This document shows positions 1 to 13,227 of a DNA stretch of 64,000 nucleotides, one piece after another. Position numbers and translations under genes: made by a program. This DNA is from Marsupella aquatica. Lineage: Eukaryota > Plantae > Marchantiophyta. Positions within the stretch are counted from its first letter, which is position 1. The number at the start of each line of letters is the position of its first letter. The DNA lies in NCBI GenBank assembly GCA_973895155.1, contig OZ316897.1, positions 10,749,832 to 10,813,831 of the forward strand, given 5' to 3'. Below the pieces are notes generated by a model that had not been told where the DNA came from, searched no databases, and was given only the letters and a program-made list of their open reading frames with translations.

Positions 1-2452
1 ATTATTTGAAACATACTTTTATTTGGCATGTGTTCTCCCACTCAATCCTGTTAACTAGTAGCTAATAGTCATGTACATATCATTACAAGACAAACAAATG
101 AAGCATGTTCCAAGATGAGCATGCTATACTATATTCTTATAGTACATGAAGTGTGTGGCATAGTGAAAAGCTGATAGTTATTTCAGTACGAGGTCAAGCA
201 CCCAGACATATATATGGAGCATATCTACTCCTCTAGACGACAATTACAGTATATGGCTCCTGGTGCTAGGTCCTTGGGCTGCTTATGAAATCTACAAGAC
301 ATTGTGAGAGTATACTTCAAGACATTCTAGACTCACTTCAATTGGCAGATTTTGCAACATTCAAGATACAGCAAGAGCTCCTCCATTTGTTTCATGAATT
401 TGGCAAGTTCTTTGCAAATCATATTAAAGCACCTCCAATCTTCACACAATTCCAATCTTGGAAGTCACCCAGGCTGTAGAAGGTTTCTACAGTTCATTTG
501 ACATGATCTCAATCATTCATGTCATAGCAAATTCCAAAATCCAGATGACCTAACCATCAGGACAGAGTCAGAGTTTCTAGATTCCACTTTAATTGATCAT
601 TTCTTGCTTCAATCATTATGTTTTATAGTTTTACATCTTCACGTTCATAGTGTAAGACCAAGATCTGGAACATAATTACTACCCTCGTATAATTATATTG
701 TTCAAAACAATTAGTTTCGTATAATTATATTGTTCAAAACAATTAGTTTCATCACATTGAGCATTTCTCTTGGATTTCATCCTGTTTATTGTTACGTAAT
801 TATACCTGATTGAGGAGCCCAAAGCCAATTTATTGCTGATGCCAAGCCAATTTACAAAGCTACAACGCCCTGCTTGATAAGACACTTACAATCTCTGGTG
901 AAAATTCTCCCACAAAGTTGTTCCCTCATTTCAAGCTTTAATCTGTGAGAATTGTAGCGAACACTTCAGCAGCCAAATTTTTTATCTGCGTAGGCAGCTA
1001 GCCATTAATTGAGATGGGTAGGAGAGTTTGCCGGGACCTGTCTAATTTGCTTCTTTCTCTCGTGGTGGCTTTCTAGAAACAAATTGGATCTCTCGAGGTG
1101 GCTTCACATTCCACAATTGAATGAAAACTATAAAAGATCCAATCAAAACAAACTATAAATTAAAGATGCAATCACAGCTTACCATAAAAGATGCTACCCA
1201 AGTCTTCTTAAACATTTTGCTCTACTCTATCTTGGAATCTTTGGAAATCCATCTAGGCTTATTTCCCTTTATCAATGATGAAAATATCTAATATTCTCCA
1301 ATAGGATAACATTATTGTTCATACACCCTAAACCCGATTGTCCAATAATATAAGATTACAAATATACTTTCATTTTAATGTTTGTAAAAAATTAAAGTAG
1401 TGATATTCTTTAATTTGTGGGCCCCCTTTATGCATCAGTCAAGTTCTTTCTTTTCTCCACATCCATGCCCTGGTTTACCCACCCCTGCATATTTAAGAGT
1501 CAACCCCCTTGGAGCTGTGCGGTATCTCTGGTCCGGACCCTTTGAGGTGTTGATAATTATACTTAGGATAACATTCAAGATGCGATGGCAACAATTGCTT
1601 GGAATGCCATGTCATTGACTATTATAGAGCAACCTAGTGCATGTGCTTCAAATTACCCGGAGATGGGGTCACTAATGCTGAGCAAACTTAATATGACATG
1701 CACAATGACATGCCCATGATCATCCTATGCACGAGTAGTCAACATAGAGAGATACGTGGTGCACTTTAGTTGAGGTGTGACAGGGCCAATGGTCCCAAGG
1801 AATGATTTTAAAGGGTAATAGTGACGCACACATGTAAATAAATAGATTTGTGTCAAGTTTTTTTCTTTTGTTCTCTTACAACCTTGCCAACCATATTTAT
1901 GCGCAATATAGATGAGGGAAGTAGTCCTCTTAATTTTAGTTATCGGCCACGCCTCAGAGTAAAGGGGGTTGGCCGCTGGCCAGTGCGGGGCAAGGCATGT
2001 GCCCTATTGCCATTCCATGCAAGAGCCGGGGGATTATCTAGCTTTACATTTTTATCACCAGCCCTAGTATTAGCTTATGGGGGCCGGGTCGAAGGGCGTT
2101 AGTGGCCAAGCGCCGCAATGAGGTGCCCCGGCAGCAACACAGACCCCAGCACAAATTAGCCCCGGCCAAAAGAAGCTGGCCATAGCGAGTAAGGTGGCCC
2201 CGAAGAAGGGAGCCGGCCAAAGGCAGGAGGCCCGGGAGAAGGGAGCCAGCCAGGAAGAGAAGAAGAGGAGCCAGCCCGGGAAGGCGCAAGCAAGAGGGCG
2301 CAAGGAGGAGCCGGCTGAGGGGAGGCCTCGGCCATAGGGGCGCGAGCCAGATTGAGCCGGCCAGGAGTGAAGGTGGCCCGGGAGAGGGAGCCGGCCAGGG
2401 ATCCCCTTTTCAAAAGGTGGCCTCGCGAGTGGGAGGGCGCGTAAGAAGGCAG

Positions 2453-2653
2453 GGGGGATTAAAATCCCCCAAACTCGGGAGCATAGGGCGACGGGCCCCC
2501 AAAGCACGAACCAGGGGGGTTGGCCATTAAGGCGCCCATAGGGACGCGTGCCAGAGGGAGCGAGGGGCAAAGATGGGGGAGGGGGATAATAAATGCCCCA
2601 ACCCTGGGGAGCAGGTGCGTAAGGAGGAAGTGGGAGGGGGATTAAAATCCCCC
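2453..2653. repeat. Repeated GGGGGATTAAAATCCCCC hairpin motif in element A
   Basis: Identical 18-mer at 2453-2470 and 2636-2653. Degenerate versions near 2581, 2752 and 2855. Confidence 0.8.
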
Positions 2654-3446
2654 AAACCCTGGAGGAGAAGGTACCAAAGGGGGGAGGGAGGCAGTTAAAG
2701 GTCCCTGGATCCCATTGATTTGGCAGGGCAGGTACAAGCGAGGCAGGGGGAGGGGTCTTAAAGACTCCCCCAGCTTGGAGGTTCCCCGCACTTTGGGGGA
2801 GGCCTCGGCCATGGGGGTCCGCACCCTGAAGGAGGAGGCGCGAGTAGGTGAGGAGGGGCTAATAAAAACCCCATATCCTAGCGGATTTCCAAAGCCTCGG
2901 TCATTAGAAGCAAATTTTGGGGGAAGGAGCGGCTTATTTAAGTCGTTCATTGCTAACTCCTTTCCTCAAGTTTTTTTTGCGTTCCTCATTCATTGCCAAA
3001 ACTCATTTTCACCCATTGCCGAAGCTCATTTTCTCTCCTCATCAACCTTCCCCTTTGTGTCATGTTCTACCTCTATTTTCTTTGAGTAATTTTGAGAGCG
3101 GTCGTGTAGTGAGCTGGAGTGGGGATTGACAAGGGCTTGGAGAGGGAACCTGATTTATTTTATCGTGGCTGGTTACGGGGGCCGCACGAGGCCAAGCTCT
3201 GGGAATTGAGGAACCAGAATTGGTCACCGGTTGTGCTCTTGAGGGGGAGTGGAGTGGATGAGATCCCAAGACAGACCTGAGTTCACCAACGCTCGCATTA
3301 GGAGGTACAAGGCAACCTACCGGGAGTACATCGCTTTGCAGCTAGCCAAAGAAGAATAAGAGAAATTGGCAACCAGGGCCACAATGTCAGGGACCAGTGA
3401 AGCACCCATGTCATGAAGGACTCAACGACGTTCATACCCCAAGACA

Positions 3447-5166
3447 TTGGCCAAGCTTCTGGACGATAGCCGTGAATTGTTTGAATCCACCGGGATTATC
3501 AATTTAATGCGAGTGGACATGCGTGCTCCAGTGGATAGGCATTGGAAGATTGAGGATGGGATGGACTTACGGGATGATGGATTGTACTTTGCATGCATCA
3601 AGCGCACCCTCCCTCATGACGAATTGACTCGGTTGCTGATGTTGCACAACCAGGACCTGACATTCTACCCCATGGAGCCACCAGGGACACTCACATTGGA
3701 AGAGTTGGCCATGTACGTGAAGGAGACTACCTCTGTGGTACACATTTCCCTTGCATCCTTCAAGGACCCAGCGCTCAGGGGTTTTGTTGGAAAGGTCCAT
3801 CAACGGATACTCAGCTGGGTGCAATCAGGTATAATTACAGGGGAACACTTGGCCATTGCATTGGACATCAAGCAGCACCCGGAGCACACATACGGATGGT
3901 GGGTGTTTGGTTTGAGGAAAACGCTGACCGCAGATCCCAAAGGCCACAAGCCTGGAGGAATCATCCATTTTCTTGGGTCATTTCTCTTGAACAGGATGGA
4001 GGGGCTCATCTCAGTTCCCGAACCAGAGGAAGGAGTATTGCCCTCCTTCCCCACCGTCTTACGAAAGATTGCCACCACCGTCGTGCAGAATTTGACCACG
4101 GATTCCACCAAGGAGCTGGCCACTGAGTCCGTGGTGAAGGGGGCACCGGATGAAGAGGAGGATATGGATGAAGAGTTTACCATGCAGTGGTTGGAGTCCT
4201 TGATTGGTAATCCCGAGGAGCCCATTTTGTATGACATTCCAGAGGTATACTTGGCGGAATTGCAAGTTAGAGTACCGTGATGCTATTAACAAGGGCTGGC
4301 AATTGTGCAAAGCCATGAAGTGGGCTCTGAGTAGGGCCAATGCTAAGGTGGCCACCTTGCAAGTCGGGCACAAGACGCTGAAGGAGGTCATACTGTCCAA
4401 GGAGGAGACTATTCAAGAGAGGAGTAGGTTGTTGAAGCAAGCCTATGACCAAGTTGGCCACTTGCAAGGAGCCCTGTCCACCAAGGCCAAGGAGGCCGAG
4501 GAAGTAGTTGCTTTGAGGAAGGAGCTGGTAACGATGAAGCAAGCCGAAAAGGGTGTGGATACCCTCAAAAAGCAGATTTCAGAGTTGCGTGGCCAGGTGA
4601 GTGCTTATGAAACAAGGGCCAAGAGAGCCGACGCCCTGAGTCTAGGGAAGAGGAAGAAGCCCTGTCCACCCGGTGTTACTCCTGTTGCTTCGCCAGATAT
4701 GTTGGCCAAGGCCATTGATGCAGTGGTCATCGAAGTAACCAAGACTTACGGGCCAATGTTGGAAGCGGCCAAGAAGGACAAGGAGAAGTGCAAGAGCCTG
4801 GAGAGTAAGTTGAAGTCAACCCGCAAAGCACTAAGGAACGCAACGTCTGGCCAAGGAACCGCTGGTATGCCACCTAGGTCGGTGACCCCGGGAACTCCCG
4901 TGGCCATGCGCCAGGTCTTGCCACTAGAATTGCGGGGTGATGAGGAGACAACATTGTGGAAGGACACCATCGATCACGGGTACATCAGGGCTTGGCAGGC
5001 TTTGGCGGCATTACGGAAGCAAGGAACCTCGGGCCAAATGTCGGGAAGGGCCACCCCGGGGAAGAGTAGGGGAGGAGGTGTTGCATCTACCCAGGGGGGC
5101 AGTGAGGCCAGTGATGACTCTCGGGGATGGAGCCCCGGCACCATAAGTGAGTCTGAGGAGGATTAG
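3447..5166 (+). pseudogene. Element A accessory ORF (distant PMD-like globular part, coiled coil, low-complexity tail), split by a frameshift near 4200-4280
   Basis: Overlapping ORFs 3447-4280 and 4204-5166. The second is heptad-rich (KEAEEVVALRKELVTMKQAEKGVDTLKKQISELRGQV). Weak motif similarity to the ORFs of elements B/C/D (LFESTGIINLMRV vs FMAGSGLEAFVRL; HFLGSFLL vs TYLGSHIA). Confidence 0.5.
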
Positions 5167-8100
5167 TAGTGGTACGGATGTTGACCGTACGGAGGTTGGT
5201 TTTGGGCACATGTCCAACTGGCCGACTCATGGGCTTATTGGAAGGAGCTCGTCGAGCTTAATCTAACGATGTAAGACACGCCTCAAACGGAGTTAAAATG
5301 AGAGAGATATGGACTGAAGCGTTTTGGTGAAGAATTAGGGTCCGACGCCGTACGGACGTCCGTACAACCTTCAGGATGACCCGGCCAAGTCAGGGCATGT
5401 GGCCATGGCCAGGGTACCTCAATTTGATGTTGTGATGGGGGGCCGGGACCGTACGGACTATTTGGACGCGGCGGTGGCTAGGGTAGAGTTTGGGACTTGG
5501 TAGGCCATATCTCGGGCGTCTGATGTCCATTTTGGGAGCCATTTTCGAGGTTACGATCAGGATGGCCGTGGCTACTCATAAAATTTCTCAGGACCAGATT
5601 TCGATCACCTTCTACTTTTGGCTATTTCCATGGCCAGAGTAGTGGGAGGCGTTGGCCGCCCCGTAGTAGGAAGGTAGGCCATGGCCTACATAGGACATTA
5701 GTCTAGTTTTGTTTAGTTGGTGTGATGGCCAACGAAGGCACCATTGGCCTCACTTAGGTAGCAATAGGGTTAGGGGTGCATGTGTGTGCCGCATGTGTAG
5801 AAAACTTTTAGATTAGCGGCGCCGCCAGTGGATGGTGGCCAGCCAGGGCAGTGGCCGCCGCCACACCCTAGGGCTTGTGTGTTCACGTATTGTTGTTTTC
5901 AGTATTTAACCAGCAGGCCCCGGTAGGAGCTGGGGGAACTCAGTCTAGTGTTGGTTTTAGGGAAGTTAGCTCATAGCCAGAAGCGGGAATCAAGCCAGAG
6001 TAGTGAGGTAGAGATGTAGCACTTGCCCCGTGAGGCAGGAGTTGGCAAACGATAGGAGGCCGGGTTGTCCTTGCAATGTGTTACGACGTTTTGCCAAAAG
6101 ATATGGATTTGGTTTGATTCCTCAAGTTTTGGTGTGACGTTATCTTTTCTGGTTCACGATTGTGTTCTTTCCCCAAGAAGTGTCTAAGGAATCCTTGCAC
6201 GGTTTGGTCAACCCTGTGAGAAAGAGGGGTGGTGACAGCACTCCACCAACGACCAGTAGGAGTGTGTGTGGTGCAGTCCATGGGACTTGATCAAAAGTAG
6301 AGAGGCTAGTTGGTAGACTTGATCAAAAATTACACTTCCAGGAGCAGAATCAAATATACTCATCCTACATGCAATAGAATCCGAATAGCGTCCCTCCACG
6401 TTCCCGTCATACGATAACAAATAATTTTAGTAGGAGGAAATACGTATTTGTCATGTAAATCGTTTGATAAGCAAGTGACATGAGGCTACAACCAAGGGAA
6501 CACACAAGAGCTTTACTCCACTCGAGGCCCATTGGGGTACGGTCAATTATTAAATTATCAGTTATCAATGATTGATTAAGTTATCAGTCTTTTAGCCCTC
6601 AAATTTTCTGAATCTCAGTTGAGTAGCTTGCTAAGATCTCAAGGGTCTCACTATATGGAGGCCTCCCCATCACCTGCGATGTTTTTAGGTTTTGGACCCC
6701 CTAAAATGTAAGAATTTTTTTTTTCTTCAACCCCTATGAATATTCCAAAATTTTTGTTTGAAAGACCCTAATGTTCTTATAAGTTTCAAAATTTTATTTA
6801 AAGGACCCTATTGTTCTTTTGAGAAAATTCTTAAGTCTTCACTTTGAACCAATAAAATGACCCTATCTTTTGTCGCATGTGATGTGCCATTTTTGTGGAA
6901 GTGAAAACCCTAAGGCTAAGATGGGGCCTTTGCACCTCCATGCATCGCAATTGGACAATTGAGATTGACTCAATCTTGAATGGCCAACCTTGCCAAGATT
7001 GGCATATAGATCCAAAAATGGACAGAAAAAAACAAAAATGCCTTCCCCCAATTTTTTTTGGAAAAAACAATTTGGTAAAATCACATATCCGTACCATATG
7101 GACACCTGGCCATCTCAACTGACCTCGTTGAGAGGGGTGTCCATACCGTACGGACACACATAGTGATTAAAAAAAAGTTTTGTTTCTCCCTCAAAATTTG
7201 AGAAAAAAATCAAAATTTTTTGCATTTTTTTGGGTATTGCAATTTTCTCTCCTCTTTGAGATGATGTGGCAACTTATATTAGGTTGACTGATGGAGATGA
7301 TTGATAAATAATTGATGAAATTACTTATCTTAGGCGCATTGTACATACAGAGTCTCTGCATTACAAGATCTCTCTTATCTCTCAATTATATTGGCTCTGT
7401 AACAATGAGCCTTTAGAAGTGAGTTCCTTCTATCCAAGGAAGCATGGTCTTGCGATAGAGTGTGCAACCTAGTGAATCTAATGTAGTCCACTACTAAGGT
7501 CAACCCTAGCTATGGTTAAAATACAATTTTAACCCAAGACCTAAGAGTAAATGCCTAACAACTAAGAGGAGGCGGGCTGACCTAGTCTATTCTTGGGTTG
7601 GACTTTGTGGCCTTGGGGATGTGATTATTGCTAATCCTGTAATTGGTTGGTCCGGAGCAATGTAATGGTTGGTGCCCATGTCTTGGGTCATGCTGTAGCC
7701 AAGGCAGCCCTGCATGAGGGGGAAGGGCTATGTTGTTTGGTAAGGGCGCTAGGGCCCAATCTATAATTCTATCTGCCTGTTTGCTCAACTCAGAGGTCTT
7801 TCATTTGACCTCTTCACACTATATTGGACAGCAGTTTAGACCAACACACATGTGAGGTCTTGATTGTGTTTCAAGCGAACTTAGGTCTTATCCCCTTGTT
7901 CTTGTCATCAGTGACTTTGTCAATCAACAGGTGTGTTGCTATAATTACGTAGGCATTGTAGGGTTGCTTAGGCAGTGGGTTTTAGGGCAGGGCCTGAGGA
8001 CATTTTCCTTTCCTTGACCCTCATGTGCAGCGTACTCCCAGACCATGCTGGATCCACTTTCCAATTTGCTACCCATTTTCAACAGGCTATTAGTTGGGTT

Positions 8101-10905
8101 TTAGGGATTGTAAGGTTTGATTTAATTTGTTCTTTCACTGTTGTCTCTCTGGTTTTCTGGTTTAGTATGTGACTGTTTTCTCTCTGGTGTTGTGGCTCTG
8201 TCAGTCTGTGGTCTTCGAGGTTTATTTTTCTAGTCTCCTCTCTTCTATTGGTTTTCTGGCCTTTGGGATCCTGAATGACTCTCAAATTGACACCTTTGTT
8301 TCAGGGGATGGCTCTCTTGCTCCTTTTGTTTTGGGGGATTGACTCTCTTGTTCTTTGACTGCATTTTATATATATAGTAGAATAGAATGGGGAATTTTGA
8401 TTCGTTTAAAAAAAACACCCAGGGAAACCATGCCGGACTACAACCATCATGCACTAGCAGTACTAGCTTGAGCGAGGGTGCCCCAGAGGGTGTGTCAGGC
8501 AAAGGTCTATAATTGTTTAACTTTGAAGATGTATCAAAAGACATATAATCTGCCTATGTAAGAAATTCACTATACTTGTGACCTCGGCAGTTTCACTTTC
8601 ACAAAAATGACACAACTGGTACAATGAAGGATATGATCGTTTTATTGGTGCTAAGGGAAGACTTAAGAGTTTTCTCAGAAAAACAGCATGGTCTTTTCAA
8701 TCCAAATTATGAAAATACTAGGGTATTTTTAATCCATTTTCTTGGGATACTTTTTGGTTTACATTTCAGGGGATCAGAGGCCAAAATGTTGCAGGTGGTG
8801 CATGGGGAGCCCTTGCATATAGTGAGACCCCGAGCTTGTGACTAGCTAGAACATTGCATCAATTACATGATTAACCGATTGGATCCATGGGAACCCCAAT
8901 TTGTCTTGTATCTTAATAAATAAAGAACAGAGGGCAAGATTGAGGTTAGTTCTTGCGGATTAGCATTGATTAGCCCATAGGTAGTTGCCTGTTGAATTGC
9001 CTGCCTATGATCAAAAGATTATTTATGATATATATTAGGTTAAATGTTAGCTAGGACACACTGAATTCATTGGCTGATATATCCCCAGCTGAGGTGCAGG
9101 TCAGTGGGGTGGGGCTGGTCTTGGGGCAGGTTGGCCCAGTCCCTAGTTCAAAACCTGCTAGCACTGTAAGTCTCTTTAATTTACATTCATCCCAGTCACC
9201 CAAAAGTGCGATCAATTCACTCTGGTTACACAAACGAAATCTTGAGGCAGCCGGCGGCGGTAAGCCTACATAGGAGGTGTACGGGATACTCATAATAAAC
9301 ATTGAACTTGCCTTTCAAGCCCCGGTTTGGCCATGATGGGCATATTGGAGGTCTCGACCACGTCATCCGGACACCCGGTCGCCCCGACCCCACCCCTGCC
9401 CCCACCATTTTTGACCCGGCCTGGCCCCGACCTCTCCCGGCCTCGACTCCAAACAGGAGGACCAGCATGCTAGACTGGGGGACCCCGGGACTGGGTTGGG
9501 CCGGAGTTTGGTAGAGTTCGGGAATGGCCAGGAAATAAAGTTGGAATATGCATCAAATGGGCCTTTTTTGGCCATCATTTGATGATTTAATGTGTCAGGC
9601 AAGGCGTCAAGTTGCCCATTAGGTCAAACCGAGTTTCAAGCTTAATATAACTTAGCCAAAGGCACCTCCAGCCCTGCCGGTAATCACACATCAAAATGTG
9701 ACAATATATAGTGTGCTATCATTGATTTAAAAATAATAATTAAGTTTATCATGGTATGGAAGAATGCAGTAAGGCTATGTGTCATATTTTGATGTCCCAC
9801 CTCTAGCTGTTGTGGAGACCCCACCTCTAGCTGTTGTGCAGACCCCACCTCTAGCCTACCAGCCAGCACTAAATGCTTCAGTTGACTGTCATGCTCCTCA
9901 TGCAAAACTTTTCTTACTCTACAATCTATCGTCTGCATGTACAATTATAGCCTTGTGCAATGTACAATCATAGCCATGTGACTTCTGTCACAAGGAGGAC
10001 CACATAAAAACACACTCCATGATATGTTTTATCCGGCAGTGCAATCATTGCCGCAAAACAAAAAAAACCATCTCTTAACTCCTTAATTAGGACTTTAGGA
10101 GCTTTCAATATGCGTTTTCCCAAGAGTGCGCACATCGCCATTCAATACCAGCGCCATTTCAAATAGCTGCTACAAGCATAATGGCCTGGTACGAAATAAC
10201 AGCATGGGAGCCGAGAAATTTACTTGGGTCTACCCTTTCTCGCCTTGGCGCCGGGTTTGTTCCTTGAATGGGTGTCGACTTTCTCGTCCTGTTTGACTTG
10301 AAAGGAAGTGTGATGCCCTACAGTCAATACATAGGGAGCGCTAAACTTTCCCAACCCAGACCCAAAGGGCAACGGACCGGATGAATCCGTCTCCTGTCCC
10401 AGCTGGACAATATAATACTAATTAGTGGCCCGCGGTATTGGAGAAGATTCTGGGGACAATTGGTCAATATATCTGTAAACGTGTAAACAATCTATTCTAG
10501 AGTATCATGCGGACGACGATTCAAGAAACAGTCAATGATATCCAGATCACACATAGGGGACCGGCCTAGTCATTGGTTCCTTGAGTACTGTACTAGGTTT
10601 GACTTACAACTACTGGACATGACGACGTTGTTCCGCATCTGGTCCAGTGACCAGGTCTGTAAGGGTTTCAGTCCGTCGTGCTACAAAACCTGGCTCAGAT
10701 CGCTGCCATCAATCACAACAGAGCTTTCATGCTCGTCGCCTCTAATTTGCTTCTGACACTAAGCCTGAATGCGTCGCTCCTTTCCTGCATTCTCAGTGAG
10801 AATTCGCCCAGGGTTCCTTGAACAGTGAGCACTTCAAGCGGTTTTTCAGCTGCCGACTATTCACAGGGGTGGTGCGCTGAGAACTCGAGATCCAAGGGTG
10901 CCGCA

Positions 10906-13227
10906 ATGGAAGTCCGCGTGGCGTGGATTATGGTATGGTGTACAATCTTCATTGCTTTCATTTTCCCATCAGCGGTGGTTTCCGAGCCTATCAAGACCGA
11001 CTTTAGTCACTGCCAAAATTCGACGTACATATTAGGTCCCACCGGTCCCATCGAAACCCTCCAGTGCTGTCCCCCCCTGCCAACTAAACCGATCATCGAC
11101 GGGCCCCCTCCTCTATCGACGAAATCTATCAGAGTAAGACATGCTTCGCAATGTACGGATGCAGCGTACGCTGCAAAGCTCAAGAAAGCGTATGCACTGA
11201 TGCGGGCTCTGCCAGATGATGACCCTCGCTCCATGACACAACAATGGCAGCTTCACTGCTCCTACTGCGGCGCCGCGTTCTTGACCACCAATAGCAGCGG
11301 AATTCCGGAGGGAATAGACATCCACTGGAGCTGGCTCTTTTTCCCATGGCACAGGTACGTCAATTGATCAGTCCCCGGACTCCATGTAACTTGCAACCCT
11401 CTAGTCATGGAAACTTGTTAAAATAGTTGACAGTTCTTAAGTGCTGACAGTCCTTTTCTGAGAATTGAAGCTTTCTGTCCAATATCTAGTGTAAGTAGCT
11501 GTCTTCAGACGGGATTTATGTGGAGTAGTGATTCTTCAAGGGATTTGAGTTTTATCACTAAATAGCGGATGGATGGACGGAATGCAGGTGGTATTTGTAC
11601 TTCCACGAGAGGATCCTGCAGTCTCTCCTGGACGACCCCACTTTCAGTCTCAATTACTGGAACTGGGACAGCCCCTACAGCGTAGGCGATGGCTCTTCAA
11701 AGGATGGAGCTTGCCTGAAGCAGGGGGTTGACTTCCCAGTCTTCTACGGCGACAGTTCCTCCGCCATATACGATGTCAACCGATCAGAGAGCGCGAAGGG
11801 GAAAGGTCGTCTACACATCCCTGATCTCAGTTCCAGCCCGACACTAACTGCAGCAAACCAGACTCTTTACAACGCATCCGCAGAAGACATCATTGATAGT
11901 AATCTGAATATTGTGTACCAAGCCATGGTGAGCGGTGGAACAACTTCAGAAACGTTCATGGGCCGGCCTTATCGAGCAGGGAACCTAGCAGGTATGTATA
12001 CCAACATGACTGTGAGCCTTAATTACGTCTTCCCGCCCAGCAAAAAAGCTAGTGTTTTGAGATTCGTAAAAAATGATGTTCAAAGTACTGAATCATACGG
12101 ATCGAACGGATGCTGTTGATTCTACTAAAACTACCAAAACTACTGTCCCTAGACTAAAGAAGATTCTTGGTCGAACATCAATCTGAGCACAGGAATCCCG
12201 AAGGATGTTGGCTAACATATTTGTTTGTCTTGAATGCACAGGCAACGGAGGCCCAAATGGAGGTGCTGGAAGCTTTGAATCTGGCCCTCATTCTGGTATT
12301 CATGCCTGGACTGGGCAAGACCCACCAAATGCATTTGACATGGGTGAGCTTTCACGCTCAGCTCGTGACCCTGTCTTCTACGCTCATCACTCCAACGTCG
12401 ATCGTATGTGGCAGGTATGTAAGAGTGATTATGAGATTGTACTTTAACTAATGATCCAGCTATAATCAATTTGAGCTCTGTAAATTGTCCAGATTTTGAT
12501 TGAATTTGTGTGAGCTGATCGATCTATATCTTTCTGTTTTTGATAATAACAGGTATGGAAAGATATCGGGTCAATAGTGGGTCAAAAGCATGAGGACTTT
12601 TCCGATCCTGACTTTCTGAATGCTGAGTTTCTCTTCTACGACGAGAACAAAGACCTAAGAAGAGTGACGGTAGCAGAATCTTTAGACACGAGAAAGTTGG
12701 GATATGTATATCAAGGCGCCAATGATGCAGCATGGATATTCTTCAACAGTACCAAGTGCTCTCAACTGAGCTACTACGAACTTCTTGCCCGAGCCGAAAG
12801 TTTGCCATCACCAACGAAAGACTCGAAGGGTTATTATCATCTGGAAGCCGGTAAAACATTCACTTTGGTGGTTGACAGACCAGAAAATCCGAACGCACTG
12901 GAGGAGTTCCTCACCATTGACGGAATCAAGCTCGACAGATCATGGAGCACTGGATTCGACGTGTTCGTGGATTGGGTGAACCCTACTGAATATACAGCCC
13001 CATATAAATGCGCCGAGTACAGTGGGAGATTCACCAACATGGCTCAAAGCCAAGCCGGCACTCACGGAAAATCAGATCTACTCTGGAGGCAAAGTATTAC
13101 CAGAACGCTAGTGGAGAGTGAAGCTCCGGCCGCCCCTTCAAAAATCGTTATTTCTCTCGTTCCCTTATTTCAACATGGAGATTCACATAAGACTATCAGA
13201 TTCAAGTGCATCACGGTTGACACTTGA
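10906..13227 (+). CDS. PPO: Polyphenol oxidase copy 1 (type-3 copper, secretory signal peptide). Exons 10906-11354, 11588-11991, 12242-12414, 12553-13227
   Basis: CuA HCSYC...[23 protein letters not shown]; YWNWD; CuB ESGPHSGIHAW...[25 protein letters not shown]; DWL-like [15 protein letters not shown]...LGYVY; KFDV-like EEFLTIDGI...GFDVFV. GT-AG introns join the exons in frame. Confidence 0.95.

Larger units (their letters stand above)
1516..6340 (+). mobile_element. Element A: 4.8-kb solo-LTR-like insertion (TG...CA, 5-bp TSD GGAGC) containing an accessory ORF
   Basis: Begins TGTGCGG at 1516 after GGAGC (1511-1515) and ends CTTCCA at 6340 before GGAGC (6341-6345). The interior is GC-richer than the flanks. 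No internal terminal direct repeats and no RT or integrase seen. AGTATTTA motif at 5901-5908. Confidence 0.65.

Noticed and set aside
250-1010. Possible decayed LRR gene on the minus strand (LPTQIKNL, NLETLTLS, LQNLPIEVSLECLE)
   Set aside because: Only scattered short motifs across frames with many stops; cannot be supported without a homology search.
2044-3129. Several overlapping Pro/Gly/Leu-rich ORFs
   Set aside because: By-products of GC-rich repeats in element A; no recognisable domain.
9796-9857. Short local duplications (also about 686-750, 32639-32713 and 34000-34230)
   Set aside because: Ordinary slippage-type duplications with no sign of function.
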